DNA of 64,000 bases from Myxococcales bacterium (GTDB lineage Bacteria > Myxococcota_A > Polyangia > Polyangiales > DASUME01). The stretch is taken from the NCBI GenBank assembly GCA_047601445.1, contig JASGJH010000001.1, positions 7,808,001 through 7,872,000 of the forward strand. Reading direction: 5' to 3'. Positions 1 through 11,606 of this stretch are shown in pieces. The notes under the pieces are model-generated. The model was not told the origin of the DNA. It saw only the letters and a list, made by a program, of their open reading frames with translations, and did no database searches. The translations under genes and the position numbers were made by a program. Every line of letters starts with the position of its first letter. The first letter of the stretch is position 1.

Positions 1-499
1 TGGTGGCGCCCGAGCGGCTCGTGCCCGGGAAGATGGCGGCCGCGATTTGCGCCAGGCCCACCACCACGGCCGTGGTCCAGCTGACGTCGGAGCGCGAGAC
101 TTGACGCTTGGCGAACCACTCCGCGCCTACGATCCAGATGCCCCCGAGGATCAAGGCCCACGCGATGGGCGTCACGCGCTCGGGCAGCTCGAAGCCGAGC
201 TTGCTGACCACCAAGCCGAGTACGGCCGTGATCACGAAGGCCACGCCGAGCTTGGCCGCGTAGCCGCGCTGCCCGGGGTCGCCCAGGTTCGAGAGTAGGC
301 CGAAGATGCGGCTCCAGAAGATCACCGTGATGGCCAGGATGGCGCCCGCCTGAATGCCGATGTTGAAAAGCTCCGAGCGCTGGCCCAGACCGAGCTGCTC
401 GGCGATCAGGAGATGGCCCGTGCTGGAGATGGGCAGGAACTCGGTGATCCCTTCGATGATTCCCAGCAGGACCACTTGCAGAAAGTTGTTCACGCGCAT
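1..499 (-). CDS. uppP: Undecaprenyl-diphosphate phosphatase (runs off the window edge)
   Basis: Manual minus-strand translation gives MRVNNFLQVVLLGIIEGITEFLPISSTGHLL...PGTSRSGAT, with both BacA/UppP signature motifs. Absent from the ORF track because there is no stop in the window. Confidence 0.93.
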   Translation of the reverse strand, partial: MRVNNFLQVVLLGIIEGITEFLPISSTGHLLIAEQLGLGQRSELFNIGIQAGAILAITVIFWSRIFGLLSNLGDPGQRGYAAKLGVAFVITAVLGLVVSKLGFELPERVTPIAWALILGGIWIVGAEWFAKRQVSRSDVSWTTAVVVGLAQIAAAIFPGTSRSGAT

Positions 500-630
500 C
501 CCGGGCAGGCATGGCCGGTGGCTCCACGGGCCCCGACAAATTTGCTTCCGAGCATAGCGGGGGCCCTGCGGGTGTGCCCGTGCCCTCCGGTGACCTTGAC
601 GTGCCTGTCGACTTCTCCCATCACCCGGCG

Positions 631-1308
631 ATGACGGGCCTCGACCCATCGAGCCGGAGTTGGCTGTCGCCGCGCGACCTGCCGCGCTTTGCGGGGGAGA
701 CGCTGTTCGATCGCGTGGCCCAGGTGGTGTGCGCGGCCCACTGCCTCCCGCGCAAGGAGCTCTACGAGTCCTGGGCGGTGGCGCGACGTGTGCGAAGGCG
801 GCTGCGCGGAGGGCGCGTGGTGGACCTCGCGGCAGGGCACGGATTGACGGCATGCCTGCTGCTCTTGCTCGACGACTCGAGCGAGTCCGCATTGGCCGTG
901 GACACGCGCTTGCCTGCGAGCGCCGCGCGCTTGCTCACGGGGATGGTGGAGCGCTGGCCGCGCATGCGCGACCGGGTCAGTCTGGTGGAGCAGGATCTGG
1001 ACACCGTGCGCCTGTCTGCTTCCGACCTGGTGGTTTCGGTGCACGCCTGCGGTGCGCTCACTGACCGCGTGATCGAGCGGGCCGTGCAGGTGCGCGCGAG
1101 GGTCGCCGTGTTGCCCTGCTGTCACGATGAGGAGACCTGCGACACCGGGGGCCTGTTGGGCTGGCTCGACGTGGGCATGGCGGTGGACACCACGCGGGCA
1201 CTGCGCCTGCGCGAGCGGGGCTACCAGGTGCATACGCAGCTCATCCCGGAAGAGATCACGCCCAAGAACCGCCTACTCATCGCGCAGCCCGTGGACGAGC
1301 CGCGGTAG
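631..1308 (+). CDS. SAM-dependent methyltransferase
   Basis: VVDLAAGHGLT SAM-binding motif, SVHACGALTD and LPCC motifs. ATG at 631 chosen over 511 because it follows TTGACG-N17-CATCAC. Confidence 0.8.
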   Translation: MTGLDPSSRSWLSPRDLPRFAGETLFDRVAQVVCAAHCLPRKELYESWAVARRVRRRLRGGRVVDLAAGHGLTACLLLLLDDSSESALAVDTRLPASAARLLTGMVERWPRMRDRVSLVEQDLDTVRLSASDLVVSVHACGALTDRVIERAVQVRARVAVLPCCHDEETCDTGGLLGWLDVGMAVDTTRALRLRERGYQVHTQLIPEEITPKNRLLIAQPVDEPR

Positions 1309-1372
1309 TCGTCGAGGCGACGGGAGGGCTGCGCACGGCATCGCGGGGCAGGGCCTGCTATCGTCGCGGGCG

Positions 1373-1984
1373 ATGGTGCGAATCAAGGTCTGCGGCGTGA
1401 CTTCGGTGGCGGACGCGCGCATGTGCGTGGAGGCCGGGGTCGACGCCATCGGGCTCAACTTCTGGCCCAAGTCCGTGCGGCGTTGCGAAGAGAGCGTCGC
1501 TCGCGAGATCGCGCTGGCGGTGGCTGGCGAGGCTCTGCTGGTGGGCGTGTTCGTGGACGCGCCGGCCGCCGAGGTGGCGCGCATCCGAGACCAGGTGGGG
1601 CTGGGCTGTGTCCAGCTCCATGGCACCGAGTCGCCCGAGTTCCTGCAGCCCTTCTTGCCGCACGCCTACAAAGCGCTGCGCGTGCGCGGCCCTGGGGTTC
1701 GGGACGAGGTGCGGCTCTATCCCGGGGAGCACATCCTGCTCGATGCCTACGTGCCCGGCATGCCCGGTGGGACCGGGGCCACCTTCGACTGGCAGATTGC
1801 CGCCGAAATCGCCCGCGAGCGCAAGCTCACGCTGGCGGGGGGCATCACCGCCGACAACGTACGCGAGGCGGTGCACCAGGTGCGGCCCTTTTGCGTGGAT
1901 ACGGCCAGCGGCGTGGAGTCGAGTCCCGGCGTGAAGGATCCGCAGCTGGTGCACAAGTTGGTGCGCGAGGCGCGCTCGGCCTGA
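1373..1984 (+). CDS. trpF: Phosphoribosylanthranilate isomerase
   Basis: MVRIKVCGVT, VQLHGTE, GGTGATFDW, LAGGI, VDTASGVESSPGVKD. Confidence 0.96.
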   Translation: MVRIKVCGVTSVADARMCVEAGVDAIGLNFWPKSVRRCEESVAREIALAVAGEALLVGVFVDAPAAEVARIRDQVGLGCVQLHGTESPEFLQPFLPHAYKALRVRGPGVRDEVRLYPGEHILLDAYVPGMPGGTGATFDWQIAAEIARERKLTLAGGITADNVREAVHQVRPFCVDTASGVESSPGVKDPQLVHKLVREARSA

Positions 1985-2003
1985 GATTTGGCGATCGCTC
2001 GCA

Positions 2004-2098
2004 GGCCCATTTCGCGAGCGTAGCGAACCTCGTGGTGGGGTAGGTCCCGGCGCAGCTTTGCAGCGACGGGCGGGAGGGCGCGGGCCCTCCCCGTGAAC
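2004..2098. repeat. Dispersed structured intergenic repeat, copy 1 (REP/MITE-like)
   Basis: GAGCGTAGCGAACCTCG...GGTCCC...GCGACGGG...GGGAGG..CCTCCCCG recurs at 34322-34458, with two hairpins. Confidence 0.8.
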
Positions 2099-2103
2099 CG
2101 AGC

Positions 2104-2132
2104 TTGACGGGCCTCTCCGGGTCCGCCATCGT
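2104..2132 (+). promoter_or_regulatory. Sigma70-type promoter of the trp leader
   Basis: TTGACG (2104-2109), N17, CATCGT (2127-2132). Predicted +1 falls at or near the leader ATG (2139). Same layout as the rpsO promoter. Confidence 0.65.
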
Positions 2133-2138
2133 GGGAAC

Positions 2139-2198
2139 ATGCTCCAGCGCACCAACCAGCACCGTCCGGCACCCGCCGGTCTTTGGTGGCCCCGCTAA
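2139..2198 (+). CDS. trpL: Trp leader peptide MLQRTNQHRPAPAGLWWPR
   Basis: 19 codons with tandem TGG TGG at 2184-2189, upstream of trpB and overlapping attenuator segment 1. Confidence 0.85.
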   Translation: MLQRTNQHRPAPAGLWWPR

Positions 2199-2275
2199 CG
2201 CGGGGTCAGGCTGAGCGTCGCTAGAGTTTCTACGCACGAATCGAGCACACCCCGCCCGGCAACGCGGGGTGTTTT
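2188..2275 (+). terminator. Trp attenuator (pause, antiterminator and terminator hairpins)
   Basis: 1:2 = CCCCGC(2190-95)/GCGGGG(2200-05); 2:3 = GCGGGGT(2200-06)/ACCCCGC(2249-55); 3:4 = CACCCCGC(2248-55)/GCGGGGTG(2264-71) followed by TTTT. Confidence 0.8.
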
Positions 2276-2387
2276 GCCAGCTGGCCTAGCTCTCCGCGTT
2301 CCACGCCTCCGGAGAGCCCAGATGCCCACGAAAACACAGAACACTGCCTGCTTTTCCAGCGCACAGCCATGCGCTACCCCTCCCGAC

Positions 2388-3581
2388 ATGGAACCCGCGT
2401 TGCCTGGTCGGTTCGGCCCCTTTGGGGGACGCTTCGTCGCTGAAACATTGATGCCCGCTCTGGACGAGCTGGAGGCCGCCTATCGTGAGGCCCGCGCCGA
2501 CCCGAGCTTCGAGGCCGAGCGGCTGCGCCTCCTGCGCGATTACGTGGGCCGGGAGACCCCGCTCTACTTCGCGCAACGCCTGTCCGCCGAAGTGGGCCTG
2601 CGGGTGTGGCTCAAGCGCGAGGACCTGTGCCACACGGGTGCGCACAAGGTGAACAACACCATCGGCCAGGTGCTCTTGGCCAAGCGCATGGGCAAGCCGC
2701 GCGTGATCGCCGAGACCGGTGCCGGACAGCACGGCGTCGCCACTGCCACCGCGTGCGCGTTGTTCGGCCTCTCCTGCGAGGTCTTCATGGGGGCCGAGGA
2801 CGTGAAGCGTCAGGCGCCCAACGTGCTGCGTATGGGGCTCTTGGGCGCGAAGGTGCACGCGGTGAACTCCGGCTCGCGCACGCTCAAGGACGCCATGAAC
2901 GAGGCCATGCGCGACTGGGTCACCAACGTGCGGACCACCTATTACTGCGTCGGCAGCGCCGCGGGCCCGCACCCCTATCCCAGCATCGTGCGCGACTTCC
3001 AGGCCGTGATCTCCGAGGAGGCGCGGGCACAGTTCCTCGCGGTTTCCGGCAAGCTCCCGGCCGCCGTGGTCGCCTGCGTGGGAGGCGGTTCCAACGCCAT
3101 CGGCGCCTTCTACGCGTTCCTGGGGGACAAGGACGTGCGCTTGATCGGCGTGGAGGCCGAGGGAGAAGGCATCGCCACGGGCAAGCACGCGGCGACGCTC
3201 AGTGCGGGCAAGATCGGCGTGCTCCACGGCATGAAGAGCTACGTGCTGCAGGACGCGCACGGACAGGTCCAGGAGGCGCACTCCATCAGCGCAGGCCTCG
3301 ACTATCCCAGCGTCGGACCCGAGCACGCGTATCTGCGCGATACGGGTCGCGCCGAGTACGTGTCCATCACGGACGACAAGGCCATCGCGGGCTTCCAGCT
3401 CCTCGCGCGCACCGAGGGCATCTTGGCGGCGCTCGAGTCGAGCCACGCCATCGCCTATCTCCCCGAGCTCGGCAAGCGGCTGGGGCCCGACAACGACGTC
3501 GTGGTGTGCCTCTCGGGGCGCGGCGACAAGGACATGGAAACCATCACGCGCGTGCTCTCGGGCACCCGGGAGTCGCACTGA
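2388..3581 (+). CDS. trpB: Tryptophan synthase beta chain
   Basis: [16 protein letters not shown] (PLP Lys), [29 protein letters not shown]. Alternative in-frame ATG at 2322 has a GGAGAG SD. Confidence 0.98.
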   Translation: MEPALPGRFGPFGGRFVAETLMPALDELEAAYREARADPSFEAERLRLLRDYVGRETPLYFAQRLSAEVGLRVWLKREDLCHTGAHKVNNTIGQVLLAKRMGKPRVIAETGAGQHGVATATACALFGLSCEVFMGAEDVKRQAPNVLRMGLLGAKVHAVNSGSRTLKDAMNEAMRDWVTNVRTTYYCVGSAAGPHPYPSIVRDFQAVISEEARAQFLAVSGKLPAAVVACVGGGSNAIGAFYAFLGDKDVRLIGVEAEGEGIATGKHAATLSAGKIGVLHGMKSYVLQDAHGQVQEAHSISAGLDYPSVGPEHAYLRDTGRAEYVSITDDKAIAGFQLLARTEGILAALESSHAIAYLPELGKRLGPDNDVVVCLSGRGDKDMETITRVLSGTRESH

Positions 3582-3582
3582 C

Positions 3583-4383
3583 ATGAGTCGGTTGAACAAG
3601 GTCTTCGAGCGCGCTCGCGGCGAGCAGCGCGCGGCGTTGGTGGCGTACTTCTGCGCGGGGGATCCCGACGCCGACACCACGGTCGAGGTGGCGGTCGCGG
3701 CCGCCGAGGCGGGCGCTGACGTGCTCGAACTCGGCATGCCCTTCAGCGATCCCACTGCCGACGGTCCGGCCATCCAGCGAGCCAGCGAGCGCGCTCTCGC
3801 CAACGGCATGACGTTGGCGAAGACGCTCGAGGTAGCCGCGCGCATTCGCAAGCAGAGCGAGATCCCGATCGTGCTCTTCGGCTACTACAACCCGATCCTG
3901 GCCTACGGCGAGGAACGGCTGTGCAAGGCCGCGGCGCAGGCGGGTATCGATGGTCTGCTGGTGGTGGATCTTCCGCCCGAGGAGTGCGCACCGTTGCGTG
4001 AGCCGGCCTTGCGTGAGGGCATGGCCTTCGTGCCGCTCGTGGCTCCCACCAGCTCCGAGCCCCGTGTCGCCCTGGCGGCCACGGTCGCGGACGCTTTCAT
4101 CTACTACGTGTCGCTCACGGGTGTGACGGGTGCGGCTTCGGCGAACTTCGAGGAGGCCGCCGAGCGCGCGCGTCTGGTCCGCGAGCGCACCGGCAAGCCG
4201 GTGGCGGTGGGCTTCGGCGTCAGCACCGGAGCCGACGTGAAGAAGCTCTCGCGCTACGCCGATGGTGTCATCGTGGGCAGCGCGCTGGTGCGCGTGGTGG
4301 AGCAAGCCAAGGATCGCGCGAGCGCGGTATCCGGGGTGCGTGAGCTCGTGCGTGACCTCGCGAGCGGACTGTCCAGGGCGTAA
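3583..4383 (+). CDS. trpA: Tryptophan synthase alpha chain
   Basis: ELGMPFSDPTADGPAIQ, YYNP, YYVSLTGVTG, VGFGVS, DGVIVGSA. Confidence 0.98.
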   Translation: MSRLNKVFERARGEQRAALVAYFCAGDPDADTTVEVAVAAAEAGADVLELGMPFSDPTADGPAIQRASERALANGMTLAKTLEVAARIRKQSEIPIVLFGYYNPILAYGEERLCKAAAQAGIDGLLVVDLPPEECAPLREPALREGMAFVPLVAPTSSEPRVALAATVADAFIYYVSLTGVTGAASANFEEAAERARLVRERTGKPVAVGFGVSTGADVKKLSRYADGVIVGSALVRVVEQAKDRASAVSGVRELVRDLASGLSRA

Positions 4384-4414
4384 CGAACCTCAACGATTGG
4401 AAGGCGGCGAGACC

Positions 4415-5242
4415 ATGACCTATTGCGTGGCCATCAAGCTGGATGCAGGCCTCGTGTTCGCTTCGGACTCGCGCACCAACGCCGGGCTCGATCAGATCAG
4501 CACCTTCCGCAAGATGATCGTCTACGAGCGGCCGGGCGATCGCTTCATGGTGTTGCTCTCCGCCGGAAACCTCGCCATCTCGCAGTCGGTGCGCGAGATC
4601 CTGCAGACCGAGGAGCTGGTGGACGCCCCGGGCGCGGAGCCGATCACCATCTGGAACGCCACCAGCATGTTCGACGCCGCGCGCGTACTGGGCAGCGCAG
4701 TGCGGCGCGTGTACGGCCAGGATGGTCGCGCGCTGCAGCAGTCGGGCGTGGACTTCAACGTGAGCCTGGTCTTCGGCGGCCAAATCCGCGGCGAGTCCAT
4801 GCGTCTGTTCCAGGTCTACTCGCCCGGCAACTTCATCGAGGCCACGCGCGAGACCTGCTATTTCCAGCTCGGCGAGTCCAAGTACGGCAAGCCCGTGCTG
4901 GACCGCATGATCACGCCCCACACCCCGCTGGCCGAGGCGGCCAAGTGCGCCCTCGTCTCGATGGACTCCACGCTCAAGTCGAATCTCTCGGTGGGGCTGC
5001 CGATCGACCTGTTGGTATACCGCGCTGGCAGCCTCCAGTGTGACGAAGTCGTCTGCATCGACGAAGGCAACCCCTACTTCACGATGATTCGAAGCACCTG
5101 GGGCGAGCGCTTGCGCGAGGTTTTCCAGGGCATCGACGACCCCGAGTGGGGCGTGGGCGACGCCCGCTACCCGCTGCGCGTGCGCTCCGATCGCTACGAG
5201 CCCATGCGCAAGATCGCCAATCCCGGCGAAAAGCTCGTCTGA
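4415..5242 (+). CDS. Proteasome-type Ntn protease (Anbu family)
   Basis: MTYCV N-terminus (Thr1 nucleophile), SDSRTNAGLD, GESKYGKPVLDR, SMDSTLKSNLSVGLP. Confidence 0.9.
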   Translation: MTYCVAIKLDAGLVFASDSRTNAGLDQISTFRKMIVYERPGDRFMVLLSAGNLAISQSVREILQTEELVDAPGAEPITIWNATSMFDAARVLGSAVRRVYGQDGRALQQSGVDFNVSLVFGGQIRGESMRLFQVYSPGNFIEATRETCYFQLGESKYGKPVLDRMITPHTPLAEAAKCALVSMDSTLKSNLSVGLPIDLLVYRAGSLQCDEVVCIDEGNPYFTMIRSTWGERLREVFQGIDDPEWGVGDARYPLRVRSDRYEPMRKIANPGEKLV

Positions 5243-5286
5243 CGCCGTCAGCGCGCTCGGTTTCTGTCCGGGTGCTCGGGCTCGGG

Positions 5287-5499
5287 TCAGCGACCGTTGT
5301 AGGGCATGCGTGCGGGTTCGCGCTCGGTGCTGTCCATCATGGTCGGCTGGTGGTTGCGGCGACCGAACAAGCCCCACAGTGCGAGCAGGCCGAGTGCCAG
5401 CGGGATCAACCAGCGCCAGATGCTCGCGCCCGCGCGATGGCCCTCGTGCCGCTCTACGCGATAGTCTCCCGGAGCACGCTGCTGATGGAAGGTGGCCAT
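5287..5499 (-). CDS. Small single-pass membrane protein (70 aa)
   Basis: AAGGAG SD before ATG; hydrophobic helix IWRWLIPLALGLLALWGLF. Confidence 0.7.
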   Translation of the reverse strand: MATFHQQRAPGDYRVERHEGHRAGASIWRWLIPLALGLLALWGLFGRRNHQPTMMDSTEREPARMPYNGR

Positions 5500-5873
5500 G
5501 ACTTCTCCTTGCGGTTGAGAGTGGCGTGCCAGTGTCGAAGCGAGCCCTCGGGCGCGCGAGCCGAGAACCTCCGTGTCGCAGGCATGAAGGCTCGCTACGT
5601 CCTCCGCTCAAGCTTCAAACTGCCATGGGGCCTTCGGACCTTCGAGCAACAAAGCGGCTCGCGTGCAGCGCTTTCGATGGCCGTGAGCAGCGCGTCCGCG
5701 ACGCGCGTGCGGTGCTTCCCGCCGCGCAGAGAAACAGCCGGGACATGTCTGCAGGCGGAGAATCCAGGCAACAATCGCCTCCCACCTGTTACGTACATGG
5801 GCTGCTGTGCGACGTCCTGTAGAAGCGAAACGAGTCGGAAGCTCTCGAGACCGCCGGAAAAGGAGGGTGCACC

Positions 5874-6332
5874 ATGCAAGCAGGCTTCGAAGACAGCAGC
5901 CGTAAGGACGCGAAGCTAAAACCAGAGCGCGATGAAGACCTCGTCATTCCCATCGTGGAAGAGGAGCTCGAGATCGGTAAGCGCGAAGTCGAGGCGGGAG
6001 GCGTGCGCGTATCCACGCGCGTGAGCGCCGTTCCGGTGGAGCGCAGCATTACGCTGCGCGAAGAGCACGTGAGTGTGGAGCGCCGCGCGGTCGATCGCCC
6101 GATCACCGACCGGGACGAAGCCTTCAGGGAGCGCTCGCTCGAGATGAGGGCCAGCGCGGAACTGCCCTATGCCACCAAGCGTGCGCACGTGGTGGAGGAG
6201 ATCCGCGTGCACAAGGATGCCGCGGAGCACGAGGAGAGAATCCGCGATAGCGTGCGACACACCGACGTGGACATTGCGGAGATCGAAGCCCGGGCGATGC
6301 CGATGCGGAATCCTCCGCCCACCCAGCACTGA
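5874..6332 (+). CDS. YsnF/AvaK (DUF2382) domain protein
   Basis: VIPIVEEELEIGKREVEAGGVRV, LREEHVSVERR, VVEEIRVHK; GGAGGG SD. Confidence 0.88.
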   Translation: MQAGFEDSSRKDAKLKPERDEDLVIPIVEEELEIGKREVEAGGVRVSTRVSAVPVERSITLREEHVSVERRAVDRPITDRDEAFRERSLEMRASAELPYATKRAHVVEEIRVHKDAAEHEERIRDSVRHTDVDIAEIEARAMPMRNPPPTQH

Positions 6333-6580
6333 GCGCCTCCTCGCGCTCGACTTGCAGACCGCTGACGTGCCCGCGGTACCCTTCGCGAACCGCCCGGGCC
6401 GGCACGGCGTGTGGTCTCCGCGCGCTCGTGTCCGCGGGCCCAGGACGCCATGATTTTTGCTCCCTCCCGCCATCCACTATAATCGGCCCTTCGCGCGCGC
6501 CTGAGTGCGCGTTGGTAGGGGAGTCGTTCGGTCTGGAGCCGTGCTCGGGCCGGGCGCGTTTTGGAGAGGGAGGGCCGCCG

Positions 6581-7207
6581 ATGGCCTTTGAGCTGACGAG
6601 CAAGACGCTTCGCGAAGGACAACCCATCCCAGCCGTCAACGCCATGGGCGTGCCAGGCGAGGGTGGGCCCGTTCCGGGTCCCAACCGAAGCCCCCACTTG
6701 GCGTGGTCCGGGGCGCCTGCCGGCACGCAGTCGTTCGCGGTCATCTGTGTGGACCTGGACGCACCCACCAAGCCCGACGACGTGAACAAGAGCGACCGCA
6801 CGGTCCCCTACGCCCTGGCGCGCGCGGACTTCTTCCACTGGGTCTTGGTCGACATCCCGAAGAACATCACGGAACTCAGCGAGGGGCTCGACGCCGACGG
6901 CTTGGTGGCTGGCGGCAAGGCGCCGGAGCGTCGACCCTACGGCCTACGCGGCCTCAACGACTACACCGGCTGGTTCGCCACCGACGAGGCCATGGCCGGA
7001 CATTACGCAGGCTACGACGGTCCCTGGCCGCCTTTCAACGACGAGCGCCGCCATCGCTACGTGTTTCACCTGTTCGCGCTCGACGTCGAGAGCCTCGGCC
7101 TGAGCGGACACTTCGGCGGTGCCGACGCCCGCCGCGCCATGCGCGGGCGCGTTCTCGGTGAGACCACCATCAAGACTACCTACGCCATCTATCCCAAGGC
7201 GCGCTGA
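6581..7207 (+). CDS. YbhB/YbcL family PEBP (Raf kinase inhibitor-like) protein
   Basis: NRSPHLAWS, DLDAP, FFHWVLVDIP, YDGPWPPFND..HRYVF; TATAAT at 6478-6483 upstream. Confidence 0.92.
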   Translation: MAFELTSKTLREGQPIPAVNAMGVPGEGGPVPGPNRSPHLAWSGAPAGTQSFAVICVDLDAPTKPDDVNKSDRTVPYALARADFFHWVLVDIPKNITELSEGLDADGLVAGGKAPERRPYGLRGLNDYTGWFATDEAMAGHYAGYDGPWPPFNDERRHRYVFHLFALDVESLGLSGHFGGADARRAMRGRVLGETTIKTTYAIYPKAR

Positions 7208-7305
7208 AGCGCCCTGGCTATGGCGCGCCGAGCGCGCGCGCCCGCTTAAACGCCGACGGGGACCGCGCGTGCGATCCCCGTCCCGAGTTTCCGGCCGAAG
7301 CGAGT

Positions 7306-10439
<3,134 letters not shown>

Positions 10440-10443
<4 letters not shown>

Positions 10444-11606
10444 GGTGCGGCTCCCGGGTTGGTGGCCTTGGCGGTCGCGCTCGGGGCGGCGCCGGCCTTG
10501 TCAGCACTGCCGAGCGTGATGGGGGCGCCCTCGCTGAGACGGCCGAGGCCGTTGGCGACGATGGGCTCCCCTTCCTGGAGACCTTCGAGCACTTCCACGC
10601 GCTCGCTATCGATGGGCGCGACGCGGATCTTGCGGCGCTCGGCCGTGTTGTTGGCGACCGTGAACACGAAGCGGTTCTCGCCGGTGCCGGCCACGGCGGC
10701 CGTGGGGACGATCAGGCTCTGCTGAGCGCCCTTGGGCTTGATCTCGATCTCCGCGAACATGCCGGCACGCAGCGCGCCGTCGGCGTTGGGGATGCGGGTG
10801 ACCACCTCGGCATTGCGGGTGCGGGGGTCGATTTCGGGGCTGATGAAGGTGACCTGACCGACGGTGCTCTGACCGCTGCTCGGGAACTTGGCGGCCACGG
10901 CGTCGCCCAGGGCGATGCGGGCGAGCTCGCGCTCATGGACTCGGACGCGCACGTCGACGCTCGACAGGTCCACCAGGCGCAGGAGCACGCTCGGCGGCAT
11001 CAGCGTGGCCACTTCACCCACGTCCATCTGCACCTTGGAGACGACGCCCGCGAAGGGCGCGCGCACCGAGGTGTTGCCCACGTTGCGGGCGGCATCGGCC
11101 TCGGCGACCGTCGCTGCGTCGGCGGCGGCCTTCAAGGCGTCGCGCTGACCGGCCAGGCGCTGCAGCTGCTGGGGCGTGACCGTGCCGCGCTCCGCCAGGG
11201 GAGCCAGGCGCTCGTACTCGGCCTTGGCGAGCTCGTACTGGCTGCGCGTCGAGGCCGACTGCGCGGCCGTCTGCTGCACGCGCAGGCCGGCTTCTGAGTT
11301 ATCGAGCTGCACCAGCGCCTGACCCTGCTTCACCTTGTCGCCCTCCTTCACCAGGAAGTTCGAGATGCGCGCGGTCATCTGCGGTCCGAGGTTGGCCTCG
11401 CGGGCGGGCTCCGTGGTGCCCGTGGCGACCACGGCCCGCACCAGCTCCTGGCGCGTGACCTTGACGGTCTCCACGGCGACTGGAGCCACCACGGCGGCGG
11501 TCTCGGTGTCCGGCAGCTGGGTGAGTTTGTCCTTGTTGGCGTTGCAAGCCGTCGTCAACAGCAGCACGGCGGCGCCCATCTGAACGGTACGATTCATGCG
11601 ATTCAT
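10440..11606 (-). CDS. RND periplasmic adaptor (membrane fusion lipoprotein)
   Basis: Lipobox [42 protein letters not shown]; 4-nt overlap with permease. Confidence 0.93.

Noticed and set aside
6516..6575. AGGGGAGT resembling the yybP-ykoY riboswitch
   Set aside because: Lacks the downstream conserved loop and GAGACC elements, and the downstream gene is atypical
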